DNA from: Planctomycetota bacterium
GTDB lineage: Bacteria; Planctomycetota; JBFWNO01
Length of the DNA stretch: 64,000 nt
Direction: 5' to 3'
NCBI GenBank assembly: GCA_050251015.1
Contig: JBFWNO010000002.1
Location: 12,775-76,774, forward strand
Under the pieces are notes generated by a model. It ran no database searches, was not told the origin of the DNA, and saw only the letters and a program-made list of their open reading frames with translations. Numbering within the stretch: position 1 is the stretch's first letter; every line of letters starts with the position of its first letter. Positions 23,246 to 33,267 of the stretch are shown here, in pieces. The translations under genes and the position numbers were made by a program.

Positions 23246-24451
23246 CTACCGAACCCCCTTGAACTGGAGCTCCAGCTCATCCCCATCCGAGGGACCGGGA
23301 TCCTTCCCCACCTTCTGGATCATGCCATCCATAAAACGCCCGTGGCGCTCAGCCAGGGCCTGCTCCTCATCGGTTTTTGGCCCGTACGCCAGGATGGAGG
23401 GCAGAGCCGGCAAGGCCCCGGAAAGAAACTCCGTGGTCGGCTTGACATAACCATCCATCAGTTCATCCTTGAAGCGCATCACGGAGCCCACCCTGATGCC
23501 CACACCCGCCTTGTCGAGCGCGGCGTCTGCAAAGTCGAGCACCCGGCCCTTGATTCCATCGGTCGTAGCATCAGAGTAGGACTTGGCGGTCTTGTATAAA
23601 CCATCCTTGGCCTCTTGCACGGCAGGCCTCAGGTTCTCGATGGTCGCACGGGTGGATTCCGGCAAGCGTTTCATCACATCCGAAACGCGGGGAATCTTGC
23701 GATCATCCTTGATCAGGGCCCTTTCCTGATTCCAGGGCCCCATGTCAACCCTTGGCGGATTCTTGTTGGCCTCGGTAAGAGCCTTCACCGCTTCCTGTCT
23801 TGCGGCTTGCAAGGGCTCGGCTTTGAGCGTGCGGGCCTCGGAGATCTTGCGTACCACTTCGGCCCTCTGGGAATCGGCAGGATCCGGTGCTGGAGTCATC
23901 GCTTCGATGGCTGATCCCGCGCCCTTCCCCACTCCCTGCACTCCCTTGATCACAAGCCAGGGCACTCCATACAACACCAGAAAGGGCGAGCCACCGATCC
24001 ACTCGAAAACCCTGGGAATCTGGAACTGCCATCCGATCGCCGCATCATGGCACATCGGGCCGCTCATGCCTGCCGAATCGATGTGGCTGAAGTAATTAAG
24101 ATCTTCACCGCCAAGTGATTTGCCAAACCAGACCCCTCCCTGCCAGATTCCGTCGACCAAACCAATGCAAGAAAACAAGGGAATGGTGAAGGGAGACATG
24201 AGATTGAGGCAATGGTCGGGGTCGGGCGGGGGATACTGGTAAGTGGGGCTTGATCCCCCACCTCCGCATTGCGCCTCGTGTGCTGCCCGAATCCTTGCAA
24301 TATAGGCTGAGTCCGCCCCGCTACCCATTCCATCACCGTAAGTTCGACCACAGTACGGGCAGGAGTCCGCCAGAATCTCCGATGGAAGTGACACAAAAAG
24401 GCAGGCTAGAAGCGCCCAGAAGACCGTGATCGCGTTGCGGGAACTCATCAT
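23246..24451 (-). CDS. Hypothetical secreted/membrane-associated protein
   Basis: Start taken at the ATG at 24451 (MMSSRNAITVFWALLACLFV..., signal-like), just after the trmL stop. No family recognised. Confidence 0.6.
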   Translation of the reverse strand: MMSSRNAITVFWALLACLFVSLPSEILADSCPYCGRTYGDGMGSGADSAYIARIRAAHEAQCGGGGSSPTYQYPPPDPDHCLNLMSPFTIPLFSCIGLVDGIWQGGVWFGKSLGGEDLNYFSHIDSAGMSGPMCHDAAIGWQFQIPRVFEWIGGSPFLVLYGVPWLVIKGVQGVGKGAGSAIEAMTPAPDPADSQRAEVVRKISEARTLKAEPLQAARQEAVKALTEANKNPPRVDMGPWNQERALIKDDRKIPRVSDVMKRLPESTRATIENLRPAVQEAKDGLYKTAKSYSDATTDGIKGRVLDFADAALDKAGVGIRVGSVMRFKDELMDGYVKPTTEFLSGALPALPSILAYGPKTDEEQALAERHGRFMDGMIQKVGKDPGPSDGDELELQFKGVR

Positions 24452-24455
24452 CTCA

Positions 24456-24902
24456 TCATAGCTGTTGCCTATGCGCCTCAAGGAGCACCATGGCCACGGA
24501 ATTGGCCACATTGAACGAGCGGATGGGGCCGGGGGCCGGGATTTTCAGAAGGGGGAATCGCGACCTCAGCCGGTCCGGCAGGCCCCTGTCCTCGCTGCCA
24601 AAGATGAAGGCATCACCCGGCTGGAAGTTCTCCTCATGAAGGGATTTGTCTGCCTTGCTGCTGAGGGCGAAGATCCTCGGTGGAGGCGTCCAGGATGTTT
24701 CATCCATGATGAGCTCCCAAGAAAGATGCTTCCAGTAGTCCAGGCCGGCCCTCCGCAAAGCCTTCTCACCCATGTCGAACCCCGGCTTTCCCAGGATGGT
24801 CAATCGGGCGTTGAATCCCACACAGATCCTGCCAATGTTTCCGGTGTTCTGGGGGATTTGGGGCTCGTGCAGAATGACATGGAACGGCGAACTTGAATCC
24901 AT
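24456..24902 (-). CDS. trmL: tRNA (cytidine/uridine-2'-O)-methyltransferase TrmL (SpoU family)
   Basis: 148 aa. HVILHEPQIPQNTGNIGR...FGSEDRGLP...IRSFNVANSVAMVL. Confidence 0.85.
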   Translation of the reverse strand: MDSSSPFHVILHEPQIPQNTGNIGRICVGFNARLTILGKPGFDMGEKALRRAGLDYWKHLSWELIMDETSWTPPPRIFALSSKADKSLHEENFQPGDAFIFGSEDRGLPDRLRSRFPLLKIPAPGPIRSFNVANSVAMVLLEAHRQQL

Positions 24903-25040
24903 GACGGGATTATAGACCTCCCGTCAGAATGGCGGTTGGCCCACCGGGCGTGACGGTGATCGCGTCAGGCTTTCTATACTGAAAGTCTGTCATGGCCTGC
25001 TTAAGAGAGAAGAGGGCCATGCCTTGAGGAGAGGAAAAGC

Positions 25041-27863
25041 ATGGAAACATCATTCGACCTTCGGAAGGCGGTGGAAACCGCCGGCCGCGAAGTGGACCTT
25101 CACAATTTGAACAACCTGGGCCTGAACCGGGTTCGCGTGCTCAAGATGAGCGACATCCACCAGCTTGTGCAGGCTGTGGTCTCGCAGTCCATCGAAACCC
25201 GTGTCATGGCGGAAGTGGCTGCGGAAGGCGAGCGCCTTGCATCTCAGATCGCCATCAAGGAGGTCCAACTCAAGGAAGCCACGACTCTCAGGGACGAGAA
25301 AGCCCGGGAACTTGAAAGCGAACTGGAAGGACTCAAGGCCCAGAAGGAAATTGCCCTCACCGAGCTCAATGAGAAGAAGGCCGAGTGGGAACTGGAAAAG
25401 CAAAAGCTTTCAGCCGAGGCCCATGAAAAAGTGAGGGCTGCCCTGCAGGGCGCATCGGAGCAGACAAGGGAGCAGGAATCCCGCCTGCGCCTGAGCGAAT
25501 CGGCCCGCCAAGAGCTGGCCGACAAACTAGCCTGCTTTGTCGAGGAGACCCAATCCTCCAGGGCCGCCCATGACAAGGCCATGGCCGAGGCGGGGCGTGA
25601 GAGCGCCGCACTGCGTGCCGAGCTGGATAAAGCCAAAGCCCTGGTAGCCGAAAAGGGCCGCCTGGAAACCCTGATTGAAAGCCTGATTGCCGAGAAGGCC
25701 GCCCTGTCGGGTCACCTGGAGGAGATGAGGATCCAGGCCGGCAAGGCCCTGGAGGAAACACGGAGGGCCCGCACCGAACTCGAGGAATCCCTGTCTCGCT
25801 TTGCCAGGGAGCGGTCGGCCGACCGGCAGGAACATGAGGCGAATCTGGCCTCCGAAAGGGAAGTTGCCGAGGCCGAAAGGCACCAGCTTGAGACCCTGTT
25901 GAACCAGACCCGCCAATCCCTGGAGATCGAATCCGTGGCCCATCGCCAGATGGAGGAGGAACGTGCGGCGCTTGAGCAACGCACTCTGGAACTGAAGTCC
26001 TTCCTGGAGGGACTCCAGCTTGAAAACAACCGCCTGCAATCCTCGCTGGGCGAGGTGCAAAAGGCCAAGGCGGCCCTGGCCTCCGAAGCCGCTTCACTTT
26101 CAGGGAGACTCGACGGAATCCAGAAGAGTTTCGGGGATCTCGAATCCCGCCACGCCCAAGCTCTTGAGGAAAGCGCCTCCTTCAAGCTCCTGGCCCAGGA
26201 GCGCCTGGCCCACTCAGAAACCCAGGCCAGGGAACTTGAGAAGCTGCGTGCCGCCAAGGCGGAGCTCGAGATGTCCGTCAACGCCCTGAAGCGCCAGACA
26301 GCCGACCAGCAGGTGGAGTTGGGGAGGGAAGCCGAGTCGCGAAAGACCCTGGAAGAAACCTTGGCCGACCGCGAACAGGCCCTGGCTGATGTGAAATCCC
26401 AGGCGGCCTCCCTGCAGCTGGCCCTCGGCACACTCAGAAGCCTGCATGAAACCGAATGCAACACCAACATCGAATTGTTGGGACAAAAGGCCGAGCTCGA
26501 GCATTCCCTCAATGTCGCAGGCCAACAAACCATCGAAGCCAAGGCGCGCATCCGCACTCTGGAGGAGCAGCTCCACAATCTCACCGATAACCTTGGACGG
26601 GAAACGGAAACCCGGCATCACTTGGAGACGGAACTCGCCACGCGCACGGAGAGCTTGCATGAAGTTGGAGAACAACTGGCGTCCGCGCACCGTAGCCTCG
26701 GCACCCTCAGGACGCTTCTTGATTCCGAGCGCAACACTTACAAGGACCTTCTGGCCCGCCATGCCGAGCTCGAACAGGCCCTGACGGCCTCTCGGGGAGA
26801 GGCATCGATCCTGCTGTCGCGTGTGGAGGCCTCTGACTCAAGGATTGTGGAACTCACCAGCGAACTGGACGGCGAACGCACCCAGGCCCTTTCGTTGGCG
26901 GCCGACATCAAGGCCGTCTCGGGAGAGCGCAATGACCTCCTGGTCAAGGTTTCCCTGCAGGAGGAAACCCTCAGGGAGCGCCAAAGGGAGATTGCCCGGC
27001 AGGCCCAGGATCTGGCCCGTCAACGTGCCGAGTTGGAAGAAGCCGGAAGGAAGGCCGAAAGCGACAGCCAAACCCTGGCCTCGCTGCGCTCCGACATCGA
27101 CAGCCTTTCAGGGAAATTGTCCGCGGAGCGCGCCGAAGCCACCACCGTGCGCGCCCAATGTGCCGACCTTGAACGCAGGGCGCTCGGCTCCGAGGAGGGC
27201 CGCGCCAAATCTATGGAACTCCTCAACGCCGAGCGTCTCCGCAGGGAGGCCTTGGAGCTGAAGATCCCCGAACTCGAACTTCAGGCCGCCCGAAGGGTGG
27301 AGCTTGAGGCCGAGCTGGCTTCCGTGCGGGCCCAATTGGTGACCGAGGGCGCGGAAAGCCTGCGGCACCTCCAGGAACTGGGGCAATGGAAATCGCGATC
27401 GGTGGAGCTGGCCGATTCCCTCCGCCAGATCGAGACCGCCCAAAAGAGCTGGGAGGCCCGATGCCGGGAATACCAGAAGGCCTATCTTTCACGCAAACAA
27501 AGCCATGTGAAGGTCGAGGAAGAGGCCCGCCAGCTTCGCGACAAGGTTAAGATCCTTGAGGACGATCTCAGGGAATTCGAGGCGGCCCAATCCGAACACC
27601 TCAGGGAGTTGGCCGACTACGATGCCCTGAAAAAGTCCTCGCAGGAATCCGAGGCCGCCCTGAAGGCCGAGAACGACAGCCTGCTGAAAACCTTCAACCG
27701 CCTGACCCAGGAATTGGAATGCTCTCGCACAGCCCTGGCGGCCCGCGATGAGGCCCTCAAGGCCGAGCGCGAGAAGGTGGCCTCGTTCCGCCGGCAGATG
27801 GGGGCCCTCCTCCTGACGGAAACCGAACGCCTGCTCGGATCCGACGCGGCGAAGGCGGATTAA
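25041..27863 (+). CDS. Very long coiled-coil protein (function unknown)
   Basis: 940 aa, almost entirely E/L/A/R/Q heptad-like sequence after a ~60-aa N-terminal domain. It has an internal ~95-aa duplication and no Walker motif was seen. Confidence 0.8.
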   Translation: METSFDLRKAVETAGREVDLHNLNNLGLNRVRVLKMSDIHQLVQAVVSQSIETRVMAEVAAEGERLASQIAIKEVQLKEATTLRDEKARELESELEGLKAQKEIALTELNEKKAEWELEKQKLSAEAHEKVRAALQGASEQTREQESRLRLSESARQELADKLACFVEETQSSRAAHDKAMAEAGRESAALRAELDKAKALVAEKGRLETLIESLIAEKAALSGHLEEMRIQAGKALEETRRARTELEESLSRFARERSADRQEHEANLASEREVAEAERHQLETLLNQTRQSLEIESVAHRQMEEERAALEQRTLELKSFLEGLQLENNRLQSSLGEVQKAKAALASEAASLSGRLDGIQKSFGDLESRHAQALEESASFKLLAQERLAHSETQARELEKLRAAKAELEMSVNALKRQTADQQVELGREAESRKTLEETLADREQALADVKSQAASLQLALGTLRSLHETECNTNIELLGQKAELEHSLNVAGQQTIEAKARIRTLEEQLHNLTDNLGRETETRHHLETELATRTESLHEVGEQLASAHRSLGTLRTLLDSERNTYKDLLARHAELEQALTASRGEASILLSRVEASDSRIVELTSELDGERTQALSLAADIKAVSGERNDLLVKVSLQEETLRERQREIARQAQDLARQRAELEEAGRKAESDSQTLASLRSDIDSLSGKLSAERAEATTVRAQCADLERRALGSEEGRAKSMELLNAERLRREALELKIPELELQAARRVELEAELASVRAQLVTEGAESLRHLQELGQWKSRSVELADSLRQIETAQKSWEARCREYQKAYLSRKQSHVKVEEEARQLRDKVKILEDDLREFEAAQSEHLRELADYDALKKSSQESEAALKAENDSLLKTFNRLTQELECSRTALAARDEALKAEREKVASFRRQMGALLLTETERLLGSDAAKAD

Positions 27864-27866
27864 GCC

Positions 27867-28805
27867 ATGTCGGTTGCGAAGGGCCAGAAGGGTCGAAGGG
27901 CCCGCCTGCCGGACTATGGCAACATGCCAAAGGAACTCACCAAGGCCGACACCGCGAAGGCCGTGGTGGTACCGGTGCCCCTGGAAAAGACGGTCACCTA
28001 CCTCAAGGGCACCGGCCGCGGCCCCGCCGCCATTCTCGAGGCCAGCACACACATGGAGTTTTATGACGAGGCCTTGGACAGGCAGACCGTTCGGGTGGGC
28101 ATCCATACCGATAAGCCTGTGGATTGCTCGGGAAGCCTTTCATCCTGCGTTGACAACACACACAAGCGTGCCTTGCACTGGTTCAGGAAGGGTCTCTTCC
28201 CCGTCTTCCTCGGGGGAGAGCATTCCATCAGCGTGGGCGTGTTCCGCGCACTCCGTGAAATCCACGGACCCGTGACGATCTTCCAGATCGATGCCCATGC
28301 CGACCTGCGCGAAAGCTACCATGGCACTCCCCTCAATCATGCCTGCATCATGGCCCGGGCTCATGACGAAGGACACTCGCTGGTGCAGGTGGGCATTCGC
28401 TCCCTCACCAGGGTCGAAGCCGAGAAAATCCGGTCGTCTCGCAATATCCACACCTTCTTTGATCACGACAGGAGTTGGAGACGCGAAGGCTTCCCCTCCA
28501 TCGCCAAGCACATCAAGGGCAAGGTCTATGTCACCGTGGATGTCGACGGCCTTTCTCCCACGCTGATGCCCGCCACGGGGACCCCCGAGCCCGGGGGTCT
28601 GGACTGGCACGAGACCATGGCCCTCCTCAACATGGTGTATGCGCGGTCGGAGGTTGTGGGTGCCGATGTCAACGAACTGATGCCCAGGCCCGGACTGGAA
28701 AGCTGTGATTTCCTTTGTTCCCGCCTGGTCTACCGCTTGATCGGGCTGAAAGCCAGGCAGGCCCGCTGGCCCCACCGCAACGCCGATCTCGGCACAGACG
28801 ACTGA
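27867..28805 (+). CDS. speB: Agmatinase / ureohydrolase family
   Basis: GGEHSIS...QIDAHADLR...VTVDVDGLSP...GTPEPGGL, the manganese-ligand motifs of the arginase family. Confidence 0.85.
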   Translation: MSVAKGQKGRRARLPDYGNMPKELTKADTAKAVVVPVPLEKTVTYLKGTGRGPAAILEASTHMEFYDEALDRQTVRVGIHTDKPVDCSGSLSSCVDNTHKRALHWFRKGLFPVFLGGEHSISVGVFRALREIHGPVTIFQIDAHADLRESYHGTPLNHACIMARAHDEGHSLVQVGIRSLTRVEAEKIRSSRNIHTFFDHDRSWRREGFPSIAKHIKGKVYVTVDVDGLSPTLMPATGTPEPGGLDWHETMALLNMVYARSEVVGADVNELMPRPGLESCDFLCSRLVYRLIGLKARQARWPHRNADLGTDD

Positions 28806-29407
28806 TGTCCACCAAACGGTTGCAGGCCTCCGAACGGCGGCGCCAGATCCTGGATTCGGCCCTGAAGATTTTCGCTGCTCGGGGCTTCAAGGGCACCACC
28901 ACCTCGGCCGTCGCTGAAGCGGCGGGGATCAGCGAGCCCATTCTTTACCGCCATTTCAAGAACAAGCTCGATCTCTTCCACAAACTTCTCGAAGATGTGG
29001 CCTCCCGCACACTCGCACGATGGTCAACCCTCATCGAAAAAAAACCCGGGAGCAGTGTGGCAGCCATCGAAAGAATGGCCCGGGATCTTCCCGCCCATCT
29101 GGAAGCCATCCGGCGTGAAAACGCCCTCCTGACCCGTTGCATTGCGGATGCCGCCGAGGACGCCTCCCTGAGAAGGATCCTTGTGGATTACTACTCGGGG
29201 TATGCGCTCTTCCTGGAGGGACTCCTGCAGGATGGAGTCAACGAAGGTAGTCTGCGCCGGAACCTCGACTGCCAGACCGCCGCCTGGCAATTGATGGGTC
29301 CGGGTCTGGCCTATTCCCACACCGAGGGCCTCAGACTCGATCCCAAGGTGAAATCGAAGGCCCTCAGGGAATCGGTGAGGGCTCTCATGAAAGACTGGAG
29401 CGCCTGA
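28805..29407 (+). CDS. TetR-family transcriptional regulator
   Basis: The ATG at 28805 overlaps the speB stop. RRRQILDSALKIFAARGFKGTTTSAVAEAAGISEPILYRHFKNK. Confidence 0.85.
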   Translation: MSTKRLQASERRRQILDSALKIFAARGFKGTTTSAVAEAAGISEPILYRHFKNKLDLFHKLLEDVASRTLARWSTLIEKKPGSSVAAIERMARDLPAHLEAIRRENALLTRCIADAAEDASLRRILVDYYSGYALFLEGLLQDGVNEGSLRRNLDCQTAAWQLMGPGLAYSHTEGLRLDPKVKSKALRESVRALMKDWSA

Positions 29408-29411
29408 CGCC

Positions 29412-31097
29412 TCACTCTCCCGGAGAGAAGGCCCTTCTTTCCCTGATCCAGACAAGCGAGGGTTCCGCCGACGGGATCTTGGCGGGTGGCCAACCCATGG
29501 CCGATTCAAGGTGGATCCAGGAATCGGGATGGCCCAAGGGAGAACGCACCTCGAACCCTCCCCTTGTTGATGACCTGACCAACCATCCCATGCGCTCCTC
29601 CACACTGAGGGCCTCCACATCGAGCTGATCGGGATCAATCGGCCTTTTCGACAGTGACCACACCTCGGCTGATGCCGCCAAGCCGATGTCCGTTGTGTGA
29701 TAGAAGATTTTTGTGTTGGGATTAAAAAAAAGCCTGTCATCGTCCTCGATGAAGGGCGCCCATCCATGGGGGATCATCTCCGGCACCAGACCGTCATCCG
29801 CAGGAGGGCGACGTATGTACAGTGTGTCGCGCCCCGAATGCACCTTCAGCGTGTGATTGGCGTAGTGATACAAAGAAAAGGAAGGGCTAGGGCACCAGGA
29901 CACATCGCGGGGATGGAAGGGGAAAATCCTTCCGCACCAGATCATCCGATGCCCTTTTGCCAAATGATGGCTGACCTCCAGATCCCTGCCACTTGAGAAG
30001 AAAGGGTCGGATGCATAGCGCGCCAGGGAGGCAAGCGGCCCGACGGCAGACAGGGCCACCAAGACCATAGCCAGCATTCCCAGGCGGCCCCGGCTCTCCA
30101 GCCATACGAGGGCCTCACGCCAATAAAGGGCCAACGGAAAGATGAAGGGAAGGAGGAATCTCAGATACTGCTGCGGCATGACCACGCCATGGGTGAATGC
30201 AAAATGTGCGTTGTAGGCCAGGATGTAGAAGTTCTCGGCCCTCCAGCCCCTTGCGACATGGAATTTCCAGGCTCCAATGAGGGCCAAGACAATCAGGGGC
30301 CATCCCAAGCCAAACAGGGCTAATCTGGGGTAGATGAAACCATCGACGGCAACAAGCTGGAGGATGTTGCGATTCTCTCGGATACTGTCGGCGGCCTTGG
30401 CCAGGCCTTCCGTTCCATAGGCCAGGATGAAGGGAGCCAAAAAGAAAGCAGTCAAGGCTGCTCCTCCCGCCGCCGCCACTTTGATCGGACGGCTCCGAGA
30501 GCCATCCCAGAACCAGGCCGTGGCGGCCAACACCACCCCAAAGCTCATATGGTTGATACGCCATTGGCCCGAGAGGATCCAAAATCCCGCAGCACCCCAC
30601 AGGGCCAGTCCTTCCCTCGTTGTCCTATTCCTAAGATAAAAGAGGGAGCCTGCCACAAGGAACAAACTCGCCCATCCGTCGATGACGGATGTCATGGCTG
30701 TTGTCAGCATCATCAGGTTGGAGGCCACAAAAAAAATCAGGGCCGCGCTGACAAGGGGGGAATCCCCCCAATGGCGCAAAGCTCGATGGATCACAAGAAG
30801 AAGAAGAGGAAGGCTGGCAAAGCAGAACAGCCCGGTTGCCCTCATGAAGGCCAAGGCTTCCCCTGGCGCGTAGAAAAGCCAGGACAGGGGGGTCAGGACA
30901 AGAGAGGGAAGGATGGTGCGAGCTCCCAGTCGGTAGCCGAATGGATCGCCATCAAATCTGGACATCGTCAGGGTATTGGTGGCGTATTCATAAAAATCAA
31001 AGTTGAAAAACGTCGATTGGGCCACGAAAAAGAGGGCCCCACCCACCACAAGGAAGGTTGAAAGACCAAAAAGCACTGTCAGGGTTCGGGTGGGCAC
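29412..31097 (-). CDS. Polytopic membrane protein (GT-C/ArnT-like glycosyltransferase suspected, not established)
   Basis: 561 aa. Many hydrophobic segments in the N-terminal ~380 aa, followed by a soluble C-terminal domain. Confidence 0.6.
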   Translation of the reverse strand: MPTRTLTVLFGLSTFLVVGGALFFVAQSTFFNFDFYEYATNTLTMSRFDGDPFGYRLGARTILPSLVLTPLSWLFYAPGEALAFMRATGLFCFASLPLLLLVIHRALRHWGDSPLVSAALIFFVASNLMMLTTAMTSVIDGWASLFLVAGSLFYLRNRTTREGLALWGAAGFWILSGQWRINHMSFGVVLAATAWFWDGSRSRPIKVAAAGGAALTAFFLAPFILAYGTEGLAKAADSIRENRNILQLVAVDGFIYPRLALFGLGWPLIVLALIGAWKFHVARGWRAENFYILAYNAHFAFTHGVVMPQQYLRFLLPFIFPLALYWREALVWLESRGRLGMLAMVLVALSAVGPLASLARYASDPFFSSGRDLEVSHHLAKGHRMIWCGRIFPFHPRDVSWCPSPSFSLYHYANHTLKVHSGRDTLYIRRPPADDGLVPEMIPHGWAPFIEDDDRLFFNPNTKIFYHTTDIGLAASAEVWSLSKRPIDPDQLDVEALSVEERMGWLVRSSTRGGFEVRSPLGHPDSWIHLESAMGWPPAKIPSAEPSLVWIRERRAFSPGE

Positions 31098-31219
31098 AGC
31101 CCTATTTTAGGGCCCTGGGTTGGGCCTGCGTCATTTGAGCGTGGCGGGAAGGGTTAAGATACCCCCCCTGTCACCCGATGAGGAAGACAGGCCGCTTGAG
31201 CGCGTCTGAATGGAGTTCC

Positions 31220-31639
31220 ATGCGTCCACACATCCTGATCCTCCTAGCGCTGGCCATCCTGCCTTCCTGCATCGTGCATGAGAGCCGCGAATTGCACCGC
31301 GATTATGTGATGGACTACCAGACGCTTTCCACCCCTTCCGAACCCCGTGAGATGAGGGTGTTTGCCATTGCCAACGCCAGCATCGACTTGCTGTCGGAAG
31401 ATGAATTTTTCAGCGCGCTTTCCTCATTCTTCGCCCCCATCGTGGCCATCCCCACGGGCCTAGTCGACTTAGTCTGCTTTCCCTTCAAGTGGGTTTACTG
31501 CCACATGACCCTCTTGCAGGAAGATGAGGTTCCCGCCGAAACGAGTCCCGAATCGTCTCCCTCGGGCGAAGGCAACTCTTCGGCCCCGGTTCCCGAGTCC
31601 CCGGCGGGACCCGCAGAACCGAATTCCTCCTCACGGTAA
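31220..31639 (+). CDS. Hypothetical lipoprotein
   Basis: ATG at 31220 with a GGAG RBS. MRPHILILLALAILPSC has a lipobox. The C-terminus is Pro/Ser/Glu-rich. Confidence 0.5.
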   Translation: MRPHILILLALAILPSCIVHESRELHRDYVMDYQTLSTPSEPREMRVFAIANASIDLLSEDEFFSALSSFFAPIVAIPTGLVDLVCFPFKWVYCHMTLLQEDEVPAETSPESSPSGEGNSSAPVPESPAGPAEPNSSSR

Positions 31640-32254
31640 GTCACCCAGGTCCGCGGCCATCGCCGCTGTGAATTCATGACCCGCCTCATGGGAGTGGCGC
31701 GACACCTCCACACCCCTTTCCTTGAGGCTGCTTTCCAGGCTCTCCATTTTCAAGGGGGGGAGAAACTCGTCCTTCGACCCATGGCTGAGGATGACCCGGG
31801 TGTTCGGAAGAATCGCCGGCAGAAAATCCGCATTAAGATTCCCCCCCACGCTGTGGACTCGTCTCATCCCCAAGCTATGGCAAAGGGCCCAGTAAAGGGC
31901 CAGATAGCCACCCTGTGAAAAGCCCCCCACCCAAGTCTCCTTGATGTCGAGGGTGGGGGCTACATGGGCCACCACGTTGTCGAGGGACCGGCAGGTCAAG
32001 TCCATCTCGGCCCTGAATCTTTCTCGGTTGCCGTCATACACATACCAGGCGCTTGAGATGCGACGGGGATTGCCACTTTCATGGGCGAGGGGACCTTCCA
32101 CCGACAAAAGGTGGACTCGCCCCTTATAGGCCGACCATTGGGACAGGGCCGTGGCCCTGTCTTGCCTGTAGCCATGCAGTAGCACCAGGAGAGGGGCTCG
32201 GCCCCCGGCCTTATCCAGGCTCCATTCAAGAGGACGGATGTAGGAGGGATTCAA
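31631..32254 (-). CDS. Alpha/beta hydrolase, phospholipase/carboxylesterase family
   Basis: LLVLLHGY..., the nucleophile elbow GFSQGG, and a distal SHGSKDEF and H. Confidence 0.7.
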   Translation of the reverse strand: MNPSYIRPLEWSLDKAGGRAPLLVLLHGYRQDRATALSQWSAYKGRVHLLSVEGPLAHESGNPRRISSAWYVYDGNRERFRAEMDLTCRSLDNVVAHVAPTLDIKETWVGGFSQGGYLALYWALCHSLGMRRVHSVGGNLNADFLPAILPNTRVILSHGSKDEFLPPLKMESLESSLKERGVEVSRHSHEAGHEFTAAMAADLGDLP

Positions 32255-33192
32255 GAGTCGTGGGACTCAAGCCAGCGCTGGGCATCCAAGGCTGCCATGC
32301 AGCCCGAGCCCGCGGCAGTGACGGCCTGGCGGTAGACGTGATCCTGCACATCGCCGCAGGCGAACACGCCTTCCACGCTGGTCTGGGATCCGCGGCCCTT
32401 CGTGACGATGTAGCCTGTGGCATCCACCTCGAGCTGACCCTTGAGAAACTCCGTGTTGGGCACGTGTCCGATGGCCATGAACAGGCCCTCCAGGGGCAGT
32501 GTCTCCTCGCCACCGGGCTTCTTCAGGACAACCGCCTTGAGGCCCTTGGCCCCCTTCTCGCCCTCGCAGCGGGCGATCTGGGAGCTGGAGTGAATCGTGA
32601 TCTTGGGGTTGGCCTTCGCCTTGGCCAACATAATGGGTGAAGCCCGGAATTTCTCCGAACGGTTGATGATGTGCACCTGGGAAGCGAAACGGGTGAGGAA
32701 GGTCGCCTCCTCCATGGCCGTGTCGCCACCCCCCGCCACGCCCACGGGTTGATTGCGGAACTTGGGGAGGGCTCCATCGCAGGTGGCACAGGCCGTCACC
32801 CCACGGTTGCGGAATTCCTGCACGCCGGGCGCGTCGAGGTACTTCGCGCTTGCACCCGTGGCGATGATCAGGGCCTTGGCCTGGTAGGTCTGGCCGTCGG
32901 CCGTCAGGGTGAAGGGCCGCTTGGAAAGGTCGCAGGAATCCACCTCGGCTGCTACGATCTCGGTGCCGAAACGCACGCACTGCTCCTCCATGCGCTTCAT
33001 CAACTCAGGGCCCATGATCCCCTCGGGGAAACCCGGGTAGTTCTCCACCTCGGTGGTGGTCATCAGCTGGCCCCCCTGGAGATGCTCTTGGGTGAACCCG
33101 GTGAAGACCAGGGGTTTGAGGTTGGCACGCGCCGCATACAGCGCTGCCGTGTAGCCTGCCGGACCGGAACCGATGATGATGAGCTCGCGCAT
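32251..33192 (-). CDS. trxB: Thioredoxin reductase
   Basis: IIIGSGPAGYTAALYAAR, the redox motif CATCDG, and GGGDTAMEEA. ATG at 33192 with GGAGG upstream. Confidence 0.92.
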   Translation of the reverse strand: MRELIIIGSGPAGYTAALYAARANLKPLVFTGFTQEHLQGGQLMTTTEVENYPGFPEGIMGPELMKRMEEQCVRFGTEIVAAEVDSCDLSKRPFTLTADGQTYQAKALIIATGASAKYLDAPGVQEFRNRGVTACATCDGALPKFRNQPVGVAGGGDTAMEEATFLTRFASQVHIINRSEKFRASPIMLAKAKANPKITIHSSSQIARCEGEKGAKGLKAVVLKKPGGEETLPLEGLFMAIGHVPNTEFLKGQLEVDATGYIVTKGRGSQTSVEGVFACGDVQDHVYRQAVTAAGSGCMAALDAQRWLESHDS

Positions 33193-33267
33193 GGGAACCT
33201 CCAAAATCTATTTTATCTGGAAGCTCTCATCCCTCCCCCTCCAACTCCCCCCCAAGAGAGGGGAGAG

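Noticed and set aside
25041-27863. The coiled-coil gene considered as SMC/MukB-like, or as a DNA-level tandem repeat.
   Set aside because: No Walker A/B or hinge motifs. The internal similarity is visible at protein level only, with no exact nucleotide tandem repeats or spacer-repeat architecture.
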